A DNA stretch of 32,905 nt from Vicugna vicugna. Taxonomy: Eukaryota. Position numbers and translations under genes: made by a program. A model generated the notes under the pieces. It did not search any database, had not been told where the DNA came from, and saw only the letters and a program-made list of their open reading frames with translations. The stretch covers positions 9,141 through 42,045 of the forward strand of contig MU058307.1 of the NCBI GenBank assembly GCA_013265495.1. Reading direction: 5' to 3'. Below, one piece after another: positions 1-30,049 of the stretch. How positions within the stretch are numbered: the stretch's first letter is position 1; the number at the start of each line of letters is the position of its first letter.

Positions 1-369
1 ATATGCTTGTGTGGCTAGTGAGTTGTGCTGTGGTTCTTCGATCTGAGCCCTTTTGAACCTTTGAAGGTTGTGTGGCCCCGAAGAAGAGCGCGGCTTTGGG
101 AACCTAGAAGCATGTAACCCAGTGAGCAGACTGGAAAGCCCAGAGGGGTCTGGTTCAGGCTTTGCTTGCGCTTTTGGCTTCACCTCTTGCCTTCTGTGTA
201 GCTTCAGGGAAGTTGCTCAGGTCTCTAAGCCTCAGCTTCTTTGTCAGCACTGGTCCCGGCCTGCCTCTCTGTGGGGTGATGGAGATGTCCAAATCTGAGG
301 ATAACGTTACCAGCTCCCTGGCTTTGAGCACTTACTCTGCACTGTCCGAAATGTTTTACATGGATTATC

Positions 370-545
370 TCAGCTAATCCTCGCAACAGCTCTCAGAAAT
401 GTTCTCTGCTTGTTCCCAACTAACAGGTGAGGAAATTGAGGCCCAGAGATAGGAAGTGACCGGACCGAGTTTATGTAGCTACCATATGCTGAAGCCAGGA
501 ATTGAACAGAAGCAGCCCCCGTCTAGAACCGTAACTGTGGTGCTA
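370..545 (-). mobile_element. MIR SINE relic
   Basis: taatcctcgcaacagc...acaggtgaggaaattgaggcccagaga..gaagtgac resembles the MIR core; recognised by eye. Confidence 0.65.
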
Positions 546-1950
546 AACAAGTCTTCTTGAAGGTCCTCTGTAGACTGGAAAGTGCTGTGCTCCTGCGGAA
601 GCCCAGGCTGCAGGGAGCTGCGTGGCCCTGCCCACCCGTGTAATGGGGATAGAGAAGGGAGGGGACAACATGGAGCTTTAGCAGGGGAGGAGAAGAATGG
701 TTTCTTAGGGAGTCTGGCCAGGATTGGAGATGTGGAGAGGGGTTTGGGAGCCGTGTATCTGGCCGTTGGCTATCACTCTACTGTTAGGCTCTCTGGCCTG
801 CCTTAGCAAGAGGGTGGAATGGAGGAAGACCCTGCTCGGCCAGTGAAGCCCAGTGCGGACAAGACAGGTACTTCCAGGCCCAGGGCATCTACATCCACGC
901 TGCGCCCAGTGAAGCCAGAGGTCAGCGCCCTGGACAACCCTGTTGGCTACTTCGGGGCAGGGACCCTGAACTGCTGGCTTACAGCCCATGCTAGATGGGT
1001 ACATGAGTGCAGTGGTCTGGGTCACAGAGCCCTCTGGAGACCTCTCGCTAGGCTGTATCATCCTATTAAATTAAACATTTTAAATGATAAAAGGAACCCA
1101 TGGTTATTTTTAAATACATTTTGTGCAATATAGAAAATCAGCTTTTTCATGGTTTCTGTTCAGGAGATGCCTGGGCAGCAAGGCCAGGAGCGCAGGGCGC
1201 AGGGGCCAGTGCTGAGGGGGCTGCGGTACGTGACTTGCTGTGTGTGTGGGTGTGACGTTGCCGCCATTGCTGCCCTTCCTTTGCTGTGTATCGGGCAGGG
1301 GTCCTGGCTCCTCTGGCCCAGGGTACGATTGAAATCCAGACCCTAGTCACGTGGGTCTGACCCAGAGGCCAGAAGTTAGAAGCGAAGGGAGAAAGGAGAG
1401 TGAGATACCCTGTTCTGGCTGAGTGCAGGCCCTGCTTTGAAGTGCCACTTGATGCGTGTGGGTCTGCTGAGGTCTCGGATCCTGGGGGCGGGGGTGGGGG
1501 TGGCAGGGATGGTGAGGGCGTGCAGACTAGGGGGACCGCCAGGGCTGTGCTCCCGGCTCTAGGACGGTGGGCCCAGTCCTGCATTCCCTGTCCCTCTTGT
1601 CCTGGCCCAGGTGGAGCAGGGGGGCATTAGGACCCAGAGGCCAGCGCGGCTCCTGACAAGTCTAGAGCAGCACTAGCGCAGAGTGAGACTCATCAGCTGG
1701 CAGCAGGACTCCTGTGTCTGGGTTCAGGAATCCTCCGGCAGCAGGGGCTCTGGCTGCTCAGCCCCCATCTCTGTCCCCATCCCTCCCCCAGAGGGCCACC
1801 CAGTGAGGTCCATGGACTGGGGAGGGCCATGCCTGCCGGCTCCTGTGCTTGTCCATGAGGGCCCGGAGCCCTGACCCTCCTGCCTAGCTTTCTGCCTTTT
1901 CTCTCTGTCGCTGGCCACCTGGGGGAGGGGGTGGAGGCCAGGGGAGCAAC

Positions 1951-21739
<19,789 letters not shown>

Positions 21740-22027
21740 GTGCTCCTTGCCCCGCGGTCCCCTTCTCCCCTCAGCCCTCCTGGGGCCGCTCTGCCTGCCG
21801 CACAGCCCCCTCGGCCAGCCCCCGGGTGTGGAGAGCTCTTCCTGCCCCGGTCAGCCTCACCCCACCTGTCAGTGTCCCGCCCCGGCCCCTTGACGTGGGT
21901 TCCCCTATTTCCATTCCCCGGCCTCTGCCAAAACCCGCTGTTTAGCTGCTTCCTCCTTCCTGAGGAGCCTCAGGGGCCGTGGGGGGCAGGCTGAGACCCC
22001 ACCACAAAGGTTGTGTGAGGTCCCCCT

Positions 22028-22033
22028 AATAAA
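22028..22033 (+). terminator. Polyadenylation signal AATAAA of DCTN1
   Basis: Canonical hexamer ~290 nt after the stop, with a GU/U-rich stretch (tttctttgtggtgttg) ~45 nt downstream. Confidence 0.85.
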
Positions 22034-23559
22034 GGACTTCACGCCTTGATCGAGGCCTCCTCTGCTTCAGTGCTTTCTTTGTGGTGTTGGGAGTGGGTCA
22101 TGGGCCATTGGACTCGGAGCAGGAGTGGAGGACAGGGGATGCGAGGAGGCTTGGCTGTGCCAGACGGGAAGGCAGTGATCCGTAGAATGCTGTGTCCCTC
22201 AAATTCACATGCAGTAAGTTTCTCTGAGCAAGGGGGCAGGGGCTAGACCGGGCGCTCGGCACCTGAGTTCATTTACGGAGGTAGGAGGTTTCAGGAGTGT
22301 GTAGCCTCCGCCAGGCCTGCCTCTGCTTCCTGGACCTTCCACTGGCCTTCAAGCCAGCATTTGGAGCTGGGCTATTGGTACGATCACCTCTCCAGCCAGC
22401 TTTCTGATGCGCTGGCCACGGTCTCCCCGTAAGACCCGGGACCTCTCAGAGAGAACATTACAGATGAGTAAGAGCAAAGAGAAGTTACAAACGCTGCTCC
22501 CAAGTCCCCCTACAAATGAGTGTCACCTGAGGAGCCCCTTTGAAAAAACTCACAGCCTTTTGGGCATTGGCCCAGATCTGCTGGAATCACTTGTACATTT
22601 GAGGCCAGTGAGCAGCACCCTGACCCGGTTAGTGCAGTGGGCTGGCTCCTTGACACGCTGTTTTATCCCTCTCTTGGGGAGACCCTGTCCAGGCCGCCGG
22701 CGGTCTCTGATCCAGTTGGAGGAAAAGACCCTTCGTGCTTCGGAGCAGCTCCAGCTGGGTCAGGGCCTCGGCTTGTGGGCTTCCTCTCTGGAGGGAAAGG
22801 AGCAGACGGGACAGGGAGGCTCCAGGTTGGGGGCCCAGGGCACAGGCAGTGCTGGGCACGGTTCCCAGGCGGAGCCCGCTCCGGGAAGGTCGGTGAATTA
22901 CGGTGCTTGATACCTGCTCTGTGCCTTGGCCTTCTTCAGGGAGGGTTCCAAGAAAAGAGGATTTGTGTGACCTTCCTTGATACTGTCAGGGGGTTTACGT
23001 AGACGTGCAGGACATAACTCATTACACGTGAGGGGTATCTTAGGGTGTGAGGACTTAATTCTCCCGGAACTGGCTGGGAAGGGGGGCTGTGTCTTGGTAT
23101 CAGAGAATCTGTCTCCAAACCGGGCTCTGCTAGCGCCGAGGAAATCACACAGCGCGCTGTTCTCTCCCGGGAGTGCGTGGTGGTCCTGTTCTTTCTGCCC
23201 ACGCTGCTGACCTGCCTTCCCCTCGGTGGGTGAGAAAACAAGGGCCGAGACTGTGCACCTCCCGGAGGCGTGGGGAGAGGACAGGGCTTTCTTGTCCCTT
23301 GAGAGCACTTTCTCACCACTTACTCCCTGAATGCAAAACTCATTTATTCAGTTGCATGTCAGTATGTATCTCAAAGTCAGCAGGTCTAAAAGGGAAGTCA
23401 TCTCTCACGTCCTGTGTGCGACAAGCCACAAACCTGAGTATCTGACGGCTTCTTCACTCTCCTTAGCCAATTTATTACCCAGTCCTGCTCAGTTTGTCCT
23501 TCATTACCGTCTCTCATACCCGTTCACTTTTTCCCACTCCCTCCACTGCTAACTTTGTG

Positions 23560-24060
23560 TATAATTTCTTGCTCTGGGTACTTCAGCAGTTTTTAAACTG
23601 GTCCCCCTGCCTCCGTTGCCTCTCTCAGCCAGTGCTCATTGATGTCAGAGGGACCTTTCCAGAATGCAGACTGGGCCATGTCATTCTCTGCTTTAAATCC
23701 TAAAGTGGTTCTTCCAACTAGAATTTAAAATGAAACAAAATCCTGAAAGGATTCCTTTAAGTGTCTAGAATCTAAAATTCAGACTCACTGGACTGGCCCA
23801 TGAGGCCACCCGTGCCCTGGGTCCTGCCTGCCCCTCAGCCTCTCTCGTGCCTCACGGTCCAGCCTCAGTGGCCCCTGCAGCTTCTCTGCCACCCTGCGAT
23901 GGCTCAGGCCTCTTCCCATTGCTCAGAATGCCAGTTACCTCCTTCCCTCTACTCTACCTCCCTGCCCCTGCCCCCCCACCCCACCTTAGCTGACATCGTG
24001 TTCATTTATTAAGCTCAAGCATTGCTGCCTTAGGAAATCTGTAATCCCTGTGACCTACTA
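23560..24060. mobile_element. L2 LINE relic
   Basis: ctttccagaatgcagactgggccatgtcattctctgctttaaatcct...ggccaccc..gtcctgcc resembles L2 3' consensus; boundaries approximate. Confidence 0.5.
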
Positions 24061-24134
24061 GGTGCTCCTGTTCTGGGGCAGCAAAGAATATGAACCTTTT
24101 TAAATTTTTTTTTTTGGTGTGCTTAGATTTAGGT

Positions 24135-24270
24135 GCACTCTGACCTTGGCAAGGTTTCTGGTCTCCGGTCTGCTTTCTCAGCTGAAAAACGGGAGGAACA
24201 GTACCTTACAGGGCCGCTGTAAAGGCCAAATGAGATCGCACACGTGAGCCTGGTGCACGGCAGGCTCTCT
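24135..24270 (+). mobile_element. MIR SINE relic
   Basis: tgaccttggcaag...tttctcagctgaaaaacgggaggaacagtacct...aaatgagat resembles MIR consensus. Confidence 0.6.
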
Positions 24271-25749
24271 CCTCCTCAGCACACGCTCATGCTGCATTGC
24301 TTTACACTAGTAAGCGTCCCGCTCCATTGTAATTGTTAGTTAACCCATCTGTCTCCCACTTCAGCCAGACTGGCAGCACCTTCGGGGTGTCTTTCATGTC
24401 TGCCTCCCCCCAAACCTGGGAGAAGGCCCCATGTTCAGGAAGGGGCCCTGTGAGCTTCAGTTTAGAGATGAGTCTGAGGCACATGGGGGAATGGCCGAGC
24501 AGAGCTGTCCGTCAGCAGGTGGACCCTCTGGGCGAGGGCTCGGCGGAGAGTCTGGGGTGGAGATGAAGTTTGGGGCGTGAGCGGGAAGTGTGTCCGTGGT
24601 GGCTGAAGGCATAGTTTAGTTCTGCCTTAACTCAGGTTTCTTAGAAAACACAGCTGAAGTGTTGGCGCTTTATTGGTAGATACAACCCCAGAGCAGTGAG
24701 GGTGAGGGAAGCGAGGCAGGGAGGGGGAGGAAAACACAAGCTTTGTCTCAGGGAGGTGGTGTACACACAACTAGCCGCTTGCCCCCGTGTGGTGTCTTGG
24801 GTAGACGCCACAGAAGCACCACGCTGGGGTTGCTGGAGGGACAGAGAGCGAATTCACCTTCTCTCTGTTTTGTCTCCCGTCCGTCATTGCTCCACGTTCG
24901 CCCTGTCGGGTTCTGGCTCCCTTCACCTGCCGGGATTATATCACTTGACACCAGAAAAGCCAGACCCCATGCCCTGCGGCGTGGCACGTCACCCAAGCCC
25001 TGAAGCCGTGCGGTGAACAGAACGGCACTGGCCTGCAGGGCGTGGTCGAGGGGGTCGGGTGAGGCTGCAGGTCCCCTGGGGAGAGAGCACAGGGCAGGAG
25101 GAGGGCGGGGCTCTGGGCAGTTCTCAGAGCTGAAGAACCCGCAGCCCCAGGGATCGTCCCCTGGAGCAGAGGCCCCCGGAGGAGGTGTCACAGGGCCGAG
25201 GAAGAGAGATTCGGGGGAGGTGGTCAGCAGCTCCTGGTGTAGCTCTGAGGTCCAGTGGGCTGAGTTCAGAAAGTGACATGATTCTGAAATGCCTGGTGAG
25301 CTGGCCAGAGTTCCCTGTGTTGGAATACAGGGAACAGAGACTGGGTCGTGGTGGAGAGTGGAGAGAGCAACACACGTGTACCACTGGGTCCCGCTGCTCA
25401 GTGGTGAGAGCTCCGTGGCCGGGCCGGGCTGGGGGGTGGAGGGGGAGCAGACGTGGCCTGTAGATGATAATGGGAGCTGCTCATGGGGCCCAAGAGATTT
25501 CTGGAAGCTGAGACCGGATGTGATGGTGGGGAGAGAGGCCTCGTGAGGTACTCTGTATCAAGGATGGGTTCCTCAGTCCGTCTAAACCCAGCACTGCCAG
25601 TTGTGCTATGAGAGCTAGCTGGTAGCTGCAAGGGCAGTTCTGTCTCCTGGTAGCCCCTCCCCTCTCTTGGGAGTTCTTGGGCAGATTCTCAGGGCCAACA
25701 TCACCTTCCCCAACGTGGAGGCAGCTTTGTGAAGTAAGAATAAGGCTCA

Positions 25750-25830
25750 TATCTCAGCTCTTGCACTGATAAGCTGTGTGAGCTTGGGGAGGCTGTTTAA
25801 CTTCTCAAACTCAGCTTCTGTGTCTGTCAC
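25750..25830 (+). mobile_element. MIR SINE fragment
   Basis: atctcagctcttgcactgataagctgtgtgagcttgggga..tttaacttctc..ctcagctt. Confidence 0.5.
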
Positions 25831-27499
25831 GTGAGGCCAACAGCACCTTCCGCGGGCGGTATTTTCCGCTCAGGTCATCTTCAGAGAAAGACAGAATGAG
25901 ACAGCATGTTTGATTCAGGCACTGAATAAAAAGTGATGCTTGGGAGAGGCTGATACTGAGCACAAGGAAAAGGAAATGAAAAACAAGCAGCCGCATTCCC
26001 AAGACAAACACTTGGGACACAAATCATCATCACTCAGGCCTCACAGGACAGGCGTCCCTCAGCGCCCCAGTTTGGGGCTTGTTTCCGTGGGTGGCTGCCG
26101 TGGTGGTTTCTTCCAGCCAGGTGCTGTTTCCTCCTACTCTTAGCAGCCGAGGCTGGGGAGGAGTCACCCATTCATGGCGCTGGCCCCTTGCCCCAGTTTG
26201 AATTTACCGGCTGAGTTCCCGTTTTCTGGGCAGTCCCGTGGTGGGAAGCGGGAGTCGGGGCAATACAGAGACCCGAGTCTCTGCTGGCTGATCCCAGGGA
26301 ACGTGCGAGGCCCCAGAGCCAGTTCCGCCCTGCTCAGCTTGCAGGCTCCCAGCAAGCCAGAAGCACGTGTGCTCCCCTAGGCAAGCTTCATAGCACTGAA
26401 CCCCTCGAGCGCTGCCAGGTGGGCCCAGAACCCCTGGAGAACGTGGGATCTGAGGGTGTGCGGTCTCCCCTGCCTCCCTGCAGGCGCTATGCTCCGTGTA
26501 GCTCTCTCCTCCTCTGTGTACTGAGAAGCACATCCATTTGCCCGGCCTCCCTCCATCCCTGCCACGTGCCAGCTGGCACAGTGCTGCTCCCAGGGGCAGG
26601 GCCCCTATTGCCGAGGTCCTCAGAAGGGTGGCCTGCGGTGTCTGGCCTCTATTTCTCCCTAGAAGGCTGGGCAGTTCGAGGGTGAGACCTGGACTCATCT
26701 TGCTGGAGTAACCGGTGTCAGAGTAGATATGTGTCCCACCCTGTGGTGTGTGACTTTTTATTGTAGGAAATCTTGGCATAGAGAGTAGTGAATCTCCATG
26801 TGCCCATTTTCATTGTTTCGTGACCAATCTTGTTTCATCTATTTGTCTCTTCACTCCTCTCCCCCTAGATTATTTTGAAACAATTCCGAGGCATCGTCTT
26901 GTCATTTCATCCAAGAGTATTTCAGTATCCCTAAAAGACAGCGCTCTTAAGAAAACTACTGTACCATTGTTGCACCTAAAAAAATAATCCATCGAATGTC
27001 CAGTGTTCAAATTTCCCTGACTGTCTTATAAATGATTTGTTTTACAATATGTGTACTTGGGTAAGATTCAGGAAAAAGGTAATGTAGTACAGATAGTTGT
27101 CTCTTGGCTTCCATATTCTAAATCACTGCACCAATATATGCTTTATATGCATATGCCTTACATTTCATTCTCAGTGAGCCAGCAGTTCAGGTGTACCACG
27201 TCATCGTCCTGAGAACACAGAGCAAGGTTGAGAACCTGGTTTCCCAGCACTTTGTTGTGAGCGATCGACCGTGGAGACTCTCCTTTTAGTGTCTGTATGG
27301 AAAAGGTTACCTTGAAGATGTCGTGCTGTGACCCTGCAAGAAGAGGGCTGCAGAGGGGGAGTGAAGCAGACGGAGCGCGCCCGTCAACAGAGAAGGAGCG
27401 CTCCCCCCAGCTTTGTGTGCGGGAGGGCCCGGCCGTGGGTGGCACGTGGCCAGAGGGCAGCTTGCTTCTTTTCTTTCTTTCTTTTTTTTTCTAATCCTG

Positions 27500-27900
27500 A
27501 CTAATTCTCAGAGTAAAATCCCGACTAATTCTCAGAGTAAAATCCCAAGTCCTTACAGAGACCAAACCGTCTGTCAGATTCCCCGCCACCTGCCTGACCT
27601 CACCTGCCTCCTCTCCCCTTCAAGGCCTGTGCTCCCGCAGTGTTGGCCTCAGATACGCCAAACGTGCTTCCACCTCAGGACCTTTGTACCTGCTGTCTCC
27701 TTTGCCTGGAAAGCTTTCTCACTCCCTCATTTCCTAAAGGTTTCTGTCCACTCCGTGACATCTTGTGGAAGAGGACCCCCGCCACACACAGGCTGCCGCA
27801 TACAGGAGCAGCCCCTCCCCGGACGACGTTCCCAACCCTTCCTCCTCTGCGCTCACGACTGCCTGATGCGTTAAACATTTGTGTGCTGTCTCTTCCCGCA
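27500..27900. mobile_element. L2 LINE relic
   Basis: tcagagtaaaatcccaagtccttac...cacctcaggacctttgtacctgctgtctcctttgcctggaa are typical L2 motifs. Confidence 0.55.
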
Positions 27901-29449
27901 CTGAAATGATTCAGGCAAGAAAAACCCACACACATAATGCATGAGGGAGTGGTAAGTGCTGTAAAGCAAAACCAGCAGGGGAGGGGCATAGCATACGAGG
28001 CGGTGTTGTTTCTAACAGGCCGTCGTTAGGGAAGGCTCCCTAGGGACTGAAAGGGAGTGAGACCTCGGGGACAGAACCAGGCCTGAGAACAGGGAAGGGG
28101 GTCTGTGCACACGGCCCCGCCCATATCCTCTCACTCTTTGTTCACGTAAAAGCCAACGGTGTCCTGTGCGCCCCTGCCCTCACCCGAAGTCTTCCCTGGC
28201 CTGCTCCCGGGGAGGTGCTGCCCCTGGGCGCAGGTCTCGGCCAGCACCAACAGGGAGTTGGGGTATCGGCACCCCAGCTCCACCCCCTTCAGTGGGACAA
28301 GTCTCAGGCCTGCTCAGAACCGTCTCCCAGAGGCCCCAGAGGCCCGGGCCAGCTGAGGCGGTGGTGCCAAAGCCGCCTTTGGGAAGCCTGTCACATAGCT
28401 GAAGCGGTGACTCTCCAACTTTACAAGTGATGGTGATGTAACAAATTTATCCTGAAGATTTGAAAGGATTGGAAAAGGATGTTTATGCAAAGGAGCCAGA
28501 GAGAAGCCCAGGCAGTAAGGGAAGAACAAGATATTGGGTATTGAACAAGAGTGAAGTGCTTTCAGCCTCTGCTCCACAGATTCAGGTTAAAAATGTTTCG
28601 ACTTTAGATTAAATATGGGGCAAATACCAAGCGAAGCTTTGCTTCAAATGCAGCAACTGGATGGAGCTGTAAGAAAATAAACCCTTCCTTAGACTCGAAC
28701 CTAGAGCAGCCCTTTGAACTTCCTTCATTCAAGCCACACCGAACTGGCCAAAGAGGCTGCACTTTCCAAGAAACAGAATAGTGGAGGTGCCACCGACACG
28801 ACCCCTTTATCACAGGAAGAGATGTGAGCACACAGGAGGGCGATGGAGCTGCGGTCAGACCTGGGTGAGGTGAGGAAGGGCACAGAACAGTGACCAGGAA
28901 AGACGGCTTTCTCCTTCCCTATCCCTGCCAGAAGCCTGGATTTGCAAGCACTGAGGCCAGCCTGTCCTTTTTCACAGAGTGGCTTAGTGGAGAAAGAAGT
29001 GGCTTTTTGTCCCCTGAAATGGCTAAATAGGACTTTACAAAGAGACATGAGGGTCATGAGATGACTGAAAGACTGAGGAATTTGAAAGGTGGAGAAGAAT
29101 TTTTCAGACGTCAGAGGTCCTTGCTCCCTGGCTTATTGGCCCTTCACAGTCAGCCACAAGTATGGTACGTCCCACTGTTCCCATCTTGCTAATGACATGG
29201 TAGAGCCTGCCTTGGCTGCACAACAAAGAGAAATGGCATAAACCAGCTCACATGCAGTGGGGAAGCTAAGACAAAGACTGCCCAGTCATTTCAGTATTGG
29301 GGAGTTTCCAACGTCTCAAAGATTGATGATCCCCCCCAGGGTGATTTGTTTTCTGTTTAATTTTTCATATTTTATTCCTGGTACTAACAAGTTAAGAAAG
29401 TAGAACTTTCCCAAGTGCTGACTTACACACAATGTTTATAGAGAATTAA

Positions 29450-29999
29450 GAGCAGGGGAGCCCCGCCCGGCGCACCGTCCCAGCGGGGCCTGGGCCGCTG
29501 CGGGATGGCGCTGCTTCTGGCCGCGGCGCTGCTGACCGGCGTGTTCGCGCAGCTGCAGGGGCGCGGCCGCGACTTCGGCGACCTGCTCGTCTACTCGGGC
29601 TTCCTGAGCCTCTGGGCTGGGTCCTCTGGTACACCGGCAACATCGCGATCTCGCGCCGGGAGCTCGAGGGCGACTACGGCCTGTGGCCCTCGGCTCACGC
29701 CCGCCTCACGGGAAAGCTCTCCCGCCGCTGGTCGGCGCCGGCTTCCTCCTCCGTCGGCCGGCGCGGCGCGCCTGGCTCCCGGGGATCGGGCCGAGCCGCC
29801 CTCCGCCGGCTCCCGCCGCGCGCGCCTGCACCCCGCCCCGGCCTGGGGCGGCGGGAGCACATGGCCCCACCTGTCAGGGCCCGACTGGCGGAGGTGTGCA
29901 GCTGTCCCCAGCTTCATGTGGCCGGATGCCTACCTGCCCTCCCTCTAGCCCCTGGATAAACAACTCAGCCTCACAGGGAAAAAAAAAAAAAGAAAGAAA
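29450..29999 (+). pseudogene. TMEM238: Processed pseudogene (retrocopy) of TMEM238
   Basis: Reads AGLGRCGMALLLA-AALLTGVFAQLQGRGRDFGDLLVYSG-FLSL, then after a frameshift near 29611 LGWVLWYTGNIAISRRELEGDYGLWPSAHARLTGKLSRRWSAPA, matching recalled TMEM238. GATAAA at 29955 and an A-tail at 29979-29999; a CpG-rich island in AT-rich flanks. Confidence 0.85.
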
Positions 30000-30049
30000 T
30001 TGCTATGAATAACGTGAATAAGCTACAGGGATACAATGTAGCTAATCTG

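Noticed and set aside
22100..29400. SLC4A5 exons, and faint LTR-like (~24620, ~28200) or L1-like (~26760-27050) fragments
   Set aside because: No recognisable SLC4A5 coding sequence; the repeat similarities are too weak to support without a repeat-library search.
29505..29948. Calling this the functional TMEM238 gene
   Set aside because: Frameshift, deletions in hydrophobic segments, a genomic poly(A) tail and a location unlike the human gene's indicate a retrocopy.
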